Below, piece after piece: positions 50,736-60,113 of a stretch of DNA of 64,000 nt. Position 1 is the stretch's first letter, and the number at the start of each line of letters is the position of its first letter. Position numbers and translations under genes: made by a program. Below the pieces are notes generated by a model, which was given only the letters and a program-made list of their open reading frames with translations, did no database searches and was not told where the DNA came from. This stretch comes from Alkalispirochaeta sp. (GTDB lineage Bacteria > Spirochaetota > Spirochaetia > DSM-27196 > Alkalispirochaetaceae), in NCBI GenBank assembly GCA_965242725.1, contig CBDESZ010000025.1:128001-192000 (forward strand), given 5' to 3'.

Positions 50736-51598
50736 AGACGCTGAAGATGACGGTTGCGCTGCTTTTTGTCACCCTCGCACTCGGGGCCCAGGAAGGTGCC
50801 TCTCCGCTCGCACCGGACGTCCCCATTTCAACGACACCGATTGAAGATGTGGTTCTGAGATACTCCAGACTGGAGGGAGGCGTGCCGGTACGCATCGTTC
50901 GACACGGCCTCTCCGGCACGACGCTCCGGCCGAACGAACTTGCGCTGCCCCGTGACGACGGCAGTTTCGTTGAACTCTATCCTTTTGACTGGATCCACGC
51001 GGTCGACCGTGATGTGGATCTTGTCGCCACTGGAAATTTTCTCACCCTCACGACGGTGCGGCGGAATACTCACGCCGTCATTATTGACGCAACCAGAGTT
51101 GAACTGGCCTACGGAACGATCGAGTGGCGGCGGCGGAGCGCGGAGGCTCCTCCCTTTGCCGTTTCCGCAGCAAACATCCTCATCTCCGGACGCGGCGAGG
51201 GGACAATCCGCCGCTTCGGTACTGCCGTATCCGTTGCGGTCCGGAGCGGCCGGTTTGACATATTTGACGGGGAACGCCTCGTCGGAATCCTCGGTGCGGG
51301 ACAGACTCGGGAGTTCGCCCTTGCCGCATCTGAAGACACCGCAAGCGGCGAAGCAATCGCCGACTTGAGGAGTATTCTCGATGAGACGTTGGAACGCTCC
51401 CGGAGCGGTGACGTGGATGGAGAACTTCTCATGACCGTCTGGAATCGTACCGTGCCGGCCATCATACGTTACGGGGAGGCCGAGGCACGTGCTGATGCGG
51501 CGGTTCGGCATCCCGATGTTGTCCAGCGGGATATCGCGGAGGCGCTCCGGTACCTTGGCGGATACCAATTCACACCGCCCCGTCACACCGGCATGTGA
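50732..51598 (+). CDS. Hypothetical secreted protein (beta-rich, weakly FecR-like core)
   Basis: Signal peptide; ATGA overlap; VAVRSGRFDI..LGAGQ pattern. Confidence 0.6.
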   Translation: MKTLKMTVALLFVTLALGAQEGASPLAPDVPISTTPIEDVVLRYSRLEGGVPVRIVRHGLSGTTLRPNELALPRDDGSFVELYPFDWIHAVDRDVDLVATGNFLTLTTVRRNTHAVIIDATRVELAYGTIEWRRRSAEAPPFAVSAANILISGRGEGTIRRFGTAVSVAVRSGRFDIFDGERLVGILGAGQTREFALAASEDTASGEAIADLRSILDETLERSRSGDVDGELLMTVWNRTVPAIIRYGEAEARADAAVRHPDVVQRDIAEALRYLGGYQFTPPRHTGM

Positions 51599-51626
51599 GT
51601 TTGGAAATTGACGCCGTCACCACGCG

Positions 51627-52214
51627 TCAGAACAGGGTAATATCCTTGTCCTGTTTCTGCCGCTGGTTCGGCTTCTTCAGCGCCCGCAGGTATTCCTCTT
51701 CGTCTTTCTCCACCGGTGTCGCAAAGTGCCCCCCAAATCGCTTCAGCAGGATTCGCGATGTGGTGGGAAAAAAATAAATTTTTCGTGCGTCGTTCCCGCC
51801 GACGTCACTGGTGGCGATGGGAATATTTTCAGTCTCGAGGTACTCAAATGCGAAGGTGATATTGCTTTCCGGGATATTCCCTTTTGCCGTTGGCAGCATG
51901 TGGGCACCGCCGAAGACCTTGGCAACAAGGTTTTCCTTGTTTGATCCCCGCTTCATCAACTCGTTGATCAGTACTTCCATTGCGTACATTCCGTACCGGC
52001 CTGAATCATCGACGAAGAGATTTCGGCGATCGACCTCGCCGGGAAGCATAAAATGGTTTAAACCTCCCCGTCGGTGCAACGGATCAAAGAGCGCAACGGC
52101 GACGCAACTGCCGAGAACGGTGCAAATGATAATGTCTTTATCCGTCGCCAGATACTCACCCGGATGAATAACGGCGACGGGACGACCGAATTTTCGGTCG
52201 AAGTGGCGGTTCAT
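51627..52214 (-). CDS. cheD: Chemoreceptor glutamine deamidase CheD
   Basis: TVLGSCVAV, GGLNHFMLP, RYG.YAME.LINE, AKVFGGA and DVGG..ARKIYF motifs. Confidence 0.95.
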   Translation of the reverse strand: MNRHFDRKFGRPVAVIHPGEYLATDKDIIICTVLGSCVAVALFDPLHRRGGLNHFMLPGEVDRRNLFVDDSGRYGMYAMEVLINELMKRGSNKENLVAKVFGGAHMLPTAKGNIPESNITFAFEYLETENIPIATSDVGGNDARKIYFFPTTSRILLKRFGGHFATPVEKDEEEYLRALKKPNQRQKQDKDITLF

Positions 52215-52231
52215 TGTCCCTATTGTGTCAG

Positions 52232-54028
52232 TTAAAAGAGGGTTACGTCACCCGCCTCAACGCCGCCTTCTACGTCCATGCCGATCAGCTCTCCTGCCTG
52301 CTGCTTCTGGGTCAGGATTGTAAAACGTTGGATGATCTCCTTCAGGCGATCGTTTTCTATCGACCAGGAATCTCGTTCCTGTGTCTCCAGCTCATTCCGG
52401 TAACGTCCTTCTATTTCACGTTCCATGCCGAGGAGGTCACCTTTCAGGTTGCGTATCTCCCGTGAGAGATCTGCAAGTTTCAAGCCGTTTTCCTTGCTCG
52501 TGTTAAATACGGTGAGGAACGAATCGGTAAAAAGGGAAAACTCCCCTATGACATCGGTAAGTACCCGATGGCTTTCGGTCAGAGCCGTGTACTGCTCCCG
52601 TATGGATGCGCCGAAATCGCGGACGAATCGTGATTCAACTTCAAAATGGGACTGGTAATGTTCTATCGCCTGGCTGATCGATCTGATGAACTCCTGGGTG
52701 GTCTCCAGGGCATCGGTAATATGTCCCTCGATTGTGTGGGTGAGCCGAGTCATATGATCGGTACTCGTTCCCATTCGACGGAGTGCTTCCTGTTTTGCAA
52801 CTTCAATGCGCGCCGCAATATCGATTGAATGAAACCGGCGGACCAGAGTCGTAAATGCCCTGAACTGAATCTCAAGAGTTTCCACAAGTGACGTCATCGA
52901 GTTGGAACGGGAGACAAGGGTGGTCTTTTTTTCAACACTTCGTTGAAGATCATCAAGGAGCTGTTGCAGCATATCCCGTGCGCTGGCGAACCGTCCGTGA
53001 ATGGTTGTATCCGTTCCTTCCGGACTATTTGCCGAAGTGCCGCTGATAAGAGCTCCTTCAGCTTCTTTGAGGGACTGGACCCGCTCCTCCGCGCGGCTTG
53101 TAAGCCGGGAAAAGGTGGTAACACTGTGGTCGATCTGCCCGGCGACGTCGTCAATGAGTCGGGACGCGAGCTGGGGAATTTTCACGATAAAGGCGAGCTC
53201 GTCCAGAAGGGCGCGTTGAGAGGTAAGCTCGCCTTCCGGACGAATTGCCTTCAGGGAGAGGATGATATGGTCAATGGACTGCCGGATGAGATCCTGAAGC
53301 TGAATTGCCTCCATCATCCCGTTGATGGGTTCCCGGACCTCCGTGGATCCATCCCTGAGTTCACGAAGTCCCGCAACGGTCTCATGCACCGTTTCGTCCA
53401 GCGCACCGAGGCTGCTGGAAATGCGGGTTTGAAGATCCTTGACGAGGTTGTCATGAAACGACTGGGCGTCATCGAGCTGTCGCTCCAGCGTTCGGAAATT
53501 CTCCATCAACTCACTGCCCTGGTATGAGATTTCTTCGGAGAGGGCGATGGTCCGGTTGGCAAGTCGTTTCAGCTCTTCCGTTATGTAGCTGAACGCTCGC
53601 CCCGCCGTTCCCGCCTTCAGAGCGACGGTCATCGCGTTCAGCGAGACCAGTTCCATCTCTTCGCTGTCTTCCCTGATGTTGTGTATGTTTTCCGCGATCG
53701 TTTCCAGCTGTTCGATGCCGTGCTGGAGATGGGTGAACAGTTCCGAATCCCGCGTCGCCATTTGCATGAATGACGAATTTCCCCGCTGCATTTCCGAACG
53801 CAGTTGACTGACCACCTCCGAAATATCGCTTCCTGAATCGGCGGTGACGTCGCCGGGCTGTTGTACATCCGACAGGACCGCCCGGGAGCGCTCCAGACTG
53901 CGGTTCATTTCTGAAACGAGAGAAGGGAGACTTTGAGCGAGTACAAGGAATATCTCTTCCGTCCTGCCGGCAATTGTCTGCAGATCATCGATCAATCGGT
54001 CCCGGAGATGTATGGGAATGGAATTCAT
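52232..54028 (-). CDS. Soluble chemoreceptor-like coiled-coil protein
   Basis: MCP hairpin-like LVSLNAMTVALKAGTAGRAFSYITEELKRLA; no TM segment; adjacent to cheD. Confidence 0.75.
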   Translation of the reverse strand: MNSIPIHLRDRLIDDLQTIAGRTEEIFLVLAQSLPSLVSEMNRSLERSRAVLSDVQQPGDVTADSGSDISEVVSQLRSEMQRGNSSFMQMATRDSELFTHLQHGIEQLETIAENIHNIREDSEEMELVSLNAMTVALKAGTAGRAFSYITEELKRLANRTIALSEEISYQGSELMENFRTLERQLDDAQSFHDNLVKDLQTRISSSLGALDETVHETVAGLRELRDGSTEVREPINGMMEAIQLQDLIRQSIDHIILSLKAIRPEGELTSQRALLDELAFIVKIPQLASRLIDDVAGQIDHSVTTFSRLTSRAEERVQSLKEAEGALISGTSANSPEGTDTTIHGRFASARDMLQQLLDDLQRSVEKKTTLVSRSNSMTSLVETLEIQFRAFTTLVRRFHSIDIAARIEVAKQEALRRMGTSTDHMTRLTHTIEGHITDALETTQEFIRSISQAIEHYQSHFEVESRFVRDFGASIREQYTALTESHRVLTDVIGEFSLFTDSFLTVFNTSKENGLKLADLSREIRNLKGDLLGMEREIEGRYRNELETQERDSWSIENDRLKEIIQRFTILTQKQQAGELIGMDVEGGVEAGDVTLF

Positions 54029-54071
54029 AGGTAATACGAATAGTACGTCATTTGAAAGACCCGGTGCAATG

Positions 54072-54103
54072 AAAAAAGGCCGTCCATATCATATAGACGG
54101 CCC
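54072..54103 (-). terminator. Rho-independent terminator after the sugar ABC ATPase gene
   Basis: Minus strand GGCCGTC..GACGGCC stem followed by TTTTTT. Confidence 0.85.
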
Positions 54104-54124
54104 TTCGATTGCCGGATATTCCGG

Positions 54125-55243
54125 TTACTGCTGGAACTGGTCAACGTCGACGTTGAGAGCCTGCTCCGTGTCGAGGTCAAAGAGGATCGTCCGATCCTGA
54201 TCGGGAATCAAACGAACTTCATCTCCGACTTTGGGATGCGACGTGGGAGGAATGCGTGCGATGATTTGATGACTGCCGGTGGAGACGTAAATGTGTATTT
54301 CCGCACCCAGGGGTTCAACCACTTCTATGGAACTGACGATACACGTTCCGTCCGCCGCTTTGGGGGAGAACTCAAGATCTTCCGGCCGAACTCCAAATAC
54401 GAGATCTTTACCGCTGTGATCTTTTGCCACCTCGGCGAGCTTCCCTTTGAGTTCCAGCTTGAAATTTCCCTCATCGGCAAACACCTTGCCGCCCTCTTCA
54501 ACGATCTTGACGGACATGAAGTTCATGGGGGGTGAACCGATGAACCCGGCCACGAAGCGATTGATGGGGCTGTTGTAGAGTGTCAGGGGGTCACCGATCT
54601 GTTGAATGACTCCGTCTTTCATGACGACGATCTTGTCCCCCATCGTCATCGCCTCCACCTGGTCGTGGGTGACGTAAATCATCGTCGCCTGAAGGCGGTT
54701 GTGCAGTCCCGAAATCTCGGCGCGCATTTGAACGCGAAGTTTGGCGTCCAGATTTGAGAGGGGTTCATCAAAGAGGAAGACCTTGGGATGCCGGACGATG
54801 GCACGGCCGACGGCAACGCGCTGTCGTTGTCCACCGGACAGCTGTTTTGGTTTTCTGTCCAGAAGGGACTCGATATCGAGAATCTTCGCCGCTTCATTGA
54901 CCCGCGCCTGAATATCGGCCTTGTCAAATTTGCGAATCTTCAATCCGAATGCCATGTTGTCATATACGGTCATGTGGGGGTACAGCGCGTAGTTCTGAAA
55001 GACCATGGCAATGTCCCGGTCCTTCGGCGGAATGTCGTTGACCCGCTTTTCGTCGATCATCAGATCGCCGCTTGAAATGTCCTCAAGTCCAGCGACCATA
55101 CGGAGCGTTGTGGTTTTTCCACAACCGGACGGACCGACAAGAACGACAAATTCCCGGTCCTTGATGTTGATGTTGGCGTCCTTAACGGCGTGAAAACCGT
55201 TGTCGTACACCTTGTTGAGGTTCTTCATCTCAACTGTTGCCAT
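54125..55243 (-). CDS. Carbohydrate ABC transporter ATP-binding protein (MalK/UgpC/MsmX family)
   Basis: GPSGCGKT, VFQNYALYPHM, LSGGQRQR, DEPLSNLDAKLR, GSPPMNF and VVEPLG motifs; GGAGG SD. Confidence 0.96.
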   Translation of the reverse strand: MATVEMKNLNKVYDNGFHAVKDANINIKDREFVVLVGPSGCGKTTTLRMVAGLEDISSGDLMIDEKRVNDIPPKDRDIAMVFQNYALYPHMTVYDNMAFGLKIRKFDKADIQARVNEAAKILDIESLLDRKPKQLSGGQRQRVAVGRAIVRHPKVFLFDEPLSNLDAKLRVQMRAEISGLHNRLQATMIYVTHDQVEAMTMGDKIVVMKDGVIQQIGDPLTLYNSPINRFVAGFIGSPPMNFMSVKIVEEGGKVFADEGNFKLELKGKLAEVAKDHSGKDLVFGVRPEDLEFSPKAADGTCIVSSIEVVEPLGAEIHIYVSTGSHQIIARIPPTSHPKVGDEVRLIPDQDRTILFDLDTEQALNVDVDQFQQ

Positions 55244-55281
55244 GTGGCACCTCCAAAAAAGGAATTATTTTATTCCTCATA

Positions 55282-55310
55282 AGTGTAGATGCACTTCGGG
55301 TATCTGTCAA
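55282..55310 (-). promoter_or_regulatory. Near-consensus sigma70 promoter for the sugar ABC ATPase
   Basis: TTGACA-17-TACACT on the minus strand. Confidence 0.7.
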
Positions 55311-55344
55311 ACTTGAGCTTTGTTACGGAATGAGCGATTCGCCG

Positions 55345-56550
55345 TCAGTCACCGCGCTGCCGGTACCAGCGATCCAGCCGCAATCGAAGTTCCTCCACCC
55401 CCTGGGGATTTTCCAGAAAGGGTGCCACGACCTGCTCCGTCGCTTCATTCCAGTAGCGGGGCAGCACGGACGGCAGGGCGAGAATCCCCGGGGAGGGAAC
55501 GCGATCCCTGAATCGGGGATAAATCGATTCCGAGAGAGATATATTGACCTCAGGTACGGTGGAAAAACCTTCAAGAAACCCGAAGGTGTCTATCCGTGAC
55601 GCCACTTTTTCCCGGACAAGGTCTTCCTGAACATCTGCGGTCGTAAGCCAGGTGAGAAACTGAAAAGCCCGATCCGGCCGACGGGAATTGCGAAGGACGC
55701 CGCCGTAAACGACATTTTCGTTCACTTCAATCCGGCCGTCGGGGCGTGAAAGCCAGCGAAAACCAAAGCTGTGATCGCCGAGAAAGGACCATGTGAACAT
55801 GGTGTTACTCTCTCCATAGGCAACGGCGACCCGTCCGTTTTCAAGTTGCCGTAGGAGCGGCTCATAAAGATATTCGTCCCGATAGCTGCGCTCTGCCGCC
55901 GCGCCGCCGTAGACTTCGTCCTGCCACGATCGTACCTCCTGAATCGCTTCCCGAAGGACCGTCTCCGACCAGGCGGGGTATCCTTCTTCCGTGACGGAGG
56001 GTGAGAAACCGAGACTCTTGTATACCCCGTAGAGACCCCGCCGTGACGATGTCGGCGCAAAGAGCGGCGCCTCGACATCGGCGGAACGCCACCTCGTCTT
56101 TTCAACGAGCTCAGGAAAACTTACGGCAAAGTCCGTTGTCATTTCCGTGCGGGGTTGATAGTACACGAGAACGGGCACATTGTAGGACAGCGGAATCCAG
56201 GAGTCCGTGTTGGTGAAAAAGCGGGAATGGACGGGGACTTGATTCGACCCGTTCGGTCGGTCGGTCTCGTATTCCTCGACCGGCACCATGAGGTTATTGA
56301 CGATCGGTGTATTGACCCACCGGCCGATCACGACATCTGCGTCGGACCGCTCCTGGGTCAGTGCCTGCACGAGGTCAGGTACGTAGCGGAAATGGACCGT
56401 TCCTTCTTCGACGAGGTTATATCGTTCCACGACAAAGGCGACGTCGGGGACGTTGCTCCAGATGACCAGCGGCGTATCTCCATTGCCGGTGCACGCCGTC
56501 GCGGTAATAGCAACGACGGCGAGGAGCATAACGAAGCGCGCTCTGGTCAT
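55345..56550 (-). CDS. Extracellular solute-binding-like lipoprotein
   Basis: Lipobox ATAC; LVIWS, WIPLSYNVP and AFQFLTWL..VQ resemble family-1 SBPs. Confidence 0.7.
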   Translation of the reverse strand: MTRARFVMLLAVVAITATACTGNGDTPLVIWSNVPDVAFVVERYNLVEEGTVHFRYVPDLVQALTQERSDADVVIGRWVNTPIVNNLMVPVEEYETDRPNGSNQVPVHSRFFTNTDSWIPLSYNVPVLVYYQPRTEMTTDFAVSFPELVEKTRWRSADVEAPLFAPTSSRRGLYGVYKSLGFSPSVTEEGYPAWSETVLREAIQEVRSWQDEVYGGAAAERSYRDEYLYEPLLRQLENGRVAVAYGESNTMFTWSFLGDHSFGFRWLSRPDGRIEVNENVVYGGVLRNSRRPDRAFQFLTWLTTADVQEDLVREKVASRIDTFGFLEGFSTVPEVNISLSESIYPRFRDRVPSPGILALPSVLPRYWNEATEQVVAPFLENPQGVEELRLRLDRWYRQRGD

Positions 56551-56571
56551 GAGAAGGTCATCGACGGGCTG

Positions 56572-57870
56572 TTATTTTCCGACCGCTTCGGCGGCGGCAA
56601 ATATGTCGTCAAAGAGTTCCGGAAGGAGCTCCCGGTCTACCCCGGCAAACGCTACCCGAAGGAACTGGTCCTTTACGGAGATCGTGCCGATACCCTGTTC
56701 GAGCAGTGAGAGGCGCAGTTCTTCCGCACTGAAACCGTTGCACCGGAAACTCATAAAGTACCCGCTGTTACAGGGCATGGGCTGAAGGGCGGGGGCGAGA
56801 TTTTCCCGCTCTTTTTTGGCCAGAATTTCCCGGAGGGTGTGGAACCGACCCGTCAGGAGCTGGAATGCCTCCTCTTTCTGGCGGTCATATTCGGGGTGTG
56901 CCAGCGCCCGCAACAGCAGCGACTGGGAAAGCATGCTGGAGTTGCTGACCATGGAGCGGACGGCACCGGTCAGTTTCTGCTCAATCGCAGCGGCGTGTGT
57001 CTCGGTCATGCCTTGAAAGGCGATGGTGACAAATCCGATTCGAAACCCCCAGACAAAATCCTCTTTTGTGGCGCCGTCAACTTTGATGGCAAGGAGGTTT
57101 TCATGGGCATCAGCCAATACGGTAAAGAGGCTCTGCCGGTAGGCGTCGTCGTCGTAGAAGAGACCGAAATAGGCGTCGTCGCAAATGACCGTCACCGGAA
57201 CGGAGTCGGCAAGACCGACGAGCGTCGATGTAATGAAGTCGACATCCTCTTTGCTTGGCGTAAAACCGGCGGGATTATTGGGGAAATTCAGGATCACCGT
57301 AAGCTTTCCGCCCGCCGCGGCAGATCGTGCGCCGTCGGCAAAGGAGGTCCGGTCAAACCGGCCTTCAGCGTTAAAAAAGGTGAACTCCTGGAGGCGGCAC
57401 CGTCGGCGTTCTTCAAATATCAGCCGGTAGTTGCCCCAGAAAAGGTCGGCCAGCAGGAGCGTCTCATTCTCATCGGTAAAAAGATCGGCCACGGTCGTGA
57501 TGCCCGCCGTCAAACCGGGAACAACGGCGGGACGGGTCGTCCTGATACCCTTCAGATCGGGATTTTTGCGGATCATCTGCTCTTTCCACGCGTCCCGCAG
57601 CGCCGGGACCCCCGCCGTCGGAGCGTATGCCACCGATTCCTCGGATGAAAGGGGCGCAGTCAACTCGGCAATAAGAGGGAGTGTCATGGGACTTCCCGAC
57701 GCATACGCCATGCCGACTGTGGCATTGAACTTTGTCGCTTTGCTCTTCGCTTCCGCCGCCTGCGCGACGATGCCTTTCGGGAAATACATCCGGCGTCCGA
57801 GGTCGGAAAATTGGCGGGCGGCAATCGTATTTTGGAGGGTGTCATTGAGAGCGCTTGCGAGTTTGTTCAT
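56572..57870 (-). CDS. Class I/II PLP-dependent aminotransferase
   Basis: LNFPNNPAG, DDAYFGLF and DGATKEDFVWGFRIGF motifs. Confidence 0.9.
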   Translation of the reverse strand: MNKLASALNDTLQNTIAARQFSDLGRRMYFPKGIVAQAAEAKSKATKFNATVGMAYASGSPMTLPLIAELTAPLSSEESVAYAPTAGVPALRDAWKEQMIRKNPDLKGIRTTRPAVVPGLTAGITTVADLFTDENETLLLADLFWGNYRLIFEERRRCRLQEFTFFNAEGRFDRTSFADGARSAAAGGKLTVILNFPNNPAGFTPSKEDVDFITSTLVGLADSVPVTVICDDAYFGLFYDDDAYRQSLFTVLADAHENLLAIKVDGATKEDFVWGFRIGFVTIAFQGMTETHAAAIEQKLTGAVRSMVSNSSMLSQSLLLRALAHPEYDRQKEEAFQLLTGRFHTLREILAKKERENLAPALQPMPCNSGYFMSFRCNGFSAEELRLSLLEQGIGTISVKDQFLRVAFAGVDRELLPELFDDIFAAAEAVGK

Positions 57871-57930
57871 GGATCAACTATAGCTGAAACTGAATTGACG
57901 GTAAAGGTCGCAATGGCGTAATGTAGAAGC

Positions 57931-59505
57931 GTGCCGGAACAAAAGCCTCAAAACGCCTCAAATGCGTCGTCGGATACGGAAGACGCCGGTTTTATTTCGA
58001 AAATCCTCACATTACTGCTCGGTATCGGCGGCGAAGATCGGCAGAAGCGACGTATGCTGCGGACGATCGGGAAAAATCTGAGCCGGGACCGTTACAAGTT
58101 TTACCGGCCCCGGGGCAAAGAGGTGCAGTCAAACCTTCCGCGCCTCCTGTATGAGACGTATCGTGTGATCGCGTCGGTACGGAAGCTGGTGCAGACCGCC
58201 GACGCGAGCAACTCCCTGAAAATGGTTGTTATCGAGTCGCTCATGAACGACGAACAGCGGGAGATTCGGGACAGCCTTGACGAGCGGGCGATCAGAGAGC
58301 GGGTAAAGAAAAGCGACCTGAAGGAAGTGGCCGACGAGGTCAAGAACGCCCTGATTCAACTTGTGGCCAGTTTTGACGCCGAGAAAGTACGACAGATCAA
58401 CACGCTCTATGGAAACGTTCGTTCATTTGTCGAATTCTGTCATTTTGATTTCTATTTCACCTTGAAAAAGTTTGATTCCGCAATCAGTGAAGACAGCTTC
58501 ACCTATAAGCCGAAGTTTGAATCGATAGACGCCGAGTACGTCGTCGACGACCTGAGAGATTTTCTCGATGTGGCGGAGGCGCTGCCCCAGGACGCCGATT
58601 GGGACGCCGTTTTTGACGTACTCGCGGCGTATCGCAACGTGGAAGCGGTAGAGCGTGCCCAATGGCGCAAGGTCTGGAAGACGCTGCGGAGCGTCCTGGA
58701 AAGCAACGTGTTGCGTGACGTCGTACGTCACGTGGCGGACGATCCTTACTGGGAGCCCAAAGCATCCGCGGCGGGTCACCGGATCGTTGAGCCCTATCTC
58801 AACCAGGTCAAGAGCGATGCCGAGGCGACACTTCAGAAGATCTCAAGGGAGCGCCGGAACAGCAAGATCGAGCAGCTGGTCAAGCAGGTATTTGGAACGA
58901 CCGTCGTTGCCCGGACGAAAAACTATACGGAAAAGGCAAACGTCCAGTTTCAACGAATTGAAGGGTCCGGGTACATTCACGTGCAGGCGATGAACTACCT
59001 CAAGGCGTATCTTCTCGACTATTTCAAGAAGGACGTCCGCGAAATCGTCCAGGATCTCCTCATCGTGCGCGGCAAATGGGTAACCAACGTACAGGCCCAA
59101 CAGGTTTCCGATGCGTATCACGGAGTGCTCTCAATATCTGAAGAGATCATTTCCCTCGATGACAGCCTGTCCGAGGAAGGTGAGCTTGGACAGAAAATGC
59201 GCCGCGCCCTGGGAAGAGTGGTAGACCGCGACCGCAGTTCACAGAAGTTTGCCCGGGAGTTGCTCGATCAGATCAATACCAAGGTACTCGGCCTGGTGAA
59301 CGAGGCGGCGCAGAACCTGATCATAATCGGCAAGAACCTGAAAGCCCTCATAGAGGATATCGACAGGCGGGAACATCAGATCATAACCAACTGGAAGGAA
59401 CTCGACGGGGATATTGAAGATTCCCTCAAGGAACGCATGGCCGCGATGTACAGGCAACTCTACCACATCGTTCAGCTCCTTCAGGTATACGTCGGGAAGA
59501 ACTGA
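57931..59505 (+). CDS. Conserved spirochaete helical protein (DUF5312-like)
   Basis: FDFYFTLKKFD..E..F.YKPKF and LIVRGKW motifs recalled from this family; long clean ORF. Confidence 0.65.
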   Translation: MPEQKPQNASNASSDTEDAGFISKILTLLLGIGGEDRQKRRMLRTIGKNLSRDRYKFYRPRGKEVQSNLPRLLYETYRVIASVRKLVQTADASNSLKMVVIESLMNDEQREIRDSLDERAIRERVKKSDLKEVADEVKNALIQLVASFDAEKVRQINTLYGNVRSFVEFCHFDFYFTLKKFDSAISEDSFTYKPKFESIDAEYVVDDLRDFLDVAEALPQDADWDAVFDVLAAYRNVEAVERAQWRKVWKTLRSVLESNVLRDVVRHVADDPYWEPKASAAGHRIVEPYLNQVKSDAEATLQKISRERRNSKIEQLVKQVFGTTVVARTKNYTEKANVQFQRIEGSGYIHVQAMNYLKAYLLDYFKKDVREIVQDLLIVRGKWVTNVQAQQVSDAYHGVLSISEEIISLDDSLSEEGELGQKMRRALGRVVDRDRSSQKFARELLDQINTKVLGLVNEAAQNLIIIGKNLKALIEDIDRREHQIITNWKELDGDIEDSLKERMAAMYRQLYHIVQLLQVYVGKN

Positions 59506-59517
59506 AAATCCGGATCT

Positions 59518-60063
59518 TCAGTCCCGACGATCGTCGCCTTCCTCTCGCGGGGGATCGGGCGGGGACGTGCCGTGTTCCAGATCCAGGAGCGTTTTCTTTA
59601 TGGTTCTCCCCGTTTCAGGGTGAACTTCCGAGCGGGCGTACTCGCCATATGAACCGTCCGATCGAATGACCCTGTGGCAGGGAATGACGATGACGACGGG
59701 ATTTGCCCCTACCGCCTGACCGACGGCGCGCGCCGCGTGACGGCGACCTATTTTCTGTGCCAGGGCGGCGTAGCTGATCGTATCACCGTAGGAAATCTTT
59801 TGCAGGCGGGTCCAAATGGCACGCTGAAACTCTGTGCCTCCCAGGTGGGTGGAAACGGTAAAACGACGCCGTTCCCCGTTGAAATACTCGCTCAGCTGAT
59901 GCTCCAGCTCCCCGCATGCGTATTTGTTCTCCCGCCACACATGTTCCGGAAGGGCGGGGCGAAAATCGGTGTATCCGACACGATGAACCGTTCCTCTCCG
60001 GTCGACGGCGAGGTAGAGCGGTCCTACGGGAGAGGGGTAGACGTGTGTGAACAATATCTCCAC
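59518..60063 (-). CDS. ogt: Methylated-DNA--protein-cysteine methyltransferase
   Basis: GTEFQ..W, ARAVG.A..ANP and the IPCHRVI active site. Confidence 0.93.
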   Translation of the reverse strand: MEILFTHVYPSPVGPLYLAVDRRGTVHRVGYTDFRPALPEHVWRENKYACGELEHQLSEYFNGERRRFTVSTHLGGTEFQRAIWTRLQKISYGDTISYAALAQKIGRRHAARAVGQAVGANPVVIVIPCHRVIRSDGSYGEYARSEVHPETGRTIKKTLLDLEHGTSPPDPPREEGDDRRD

Positions 60064-60113
60064 GGGACGATCCTACCAACTCGGCCGGTGCGGAACAATA
60101 GGCTTCGGCGCGG

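Noticed and set aside
30844..60063. tag, SPL-like gene and ogt as a DNA-repair island
   Set aside because: They are 10-20 kb apart among unrelated housekeeping genes, and I saw no shared operator.
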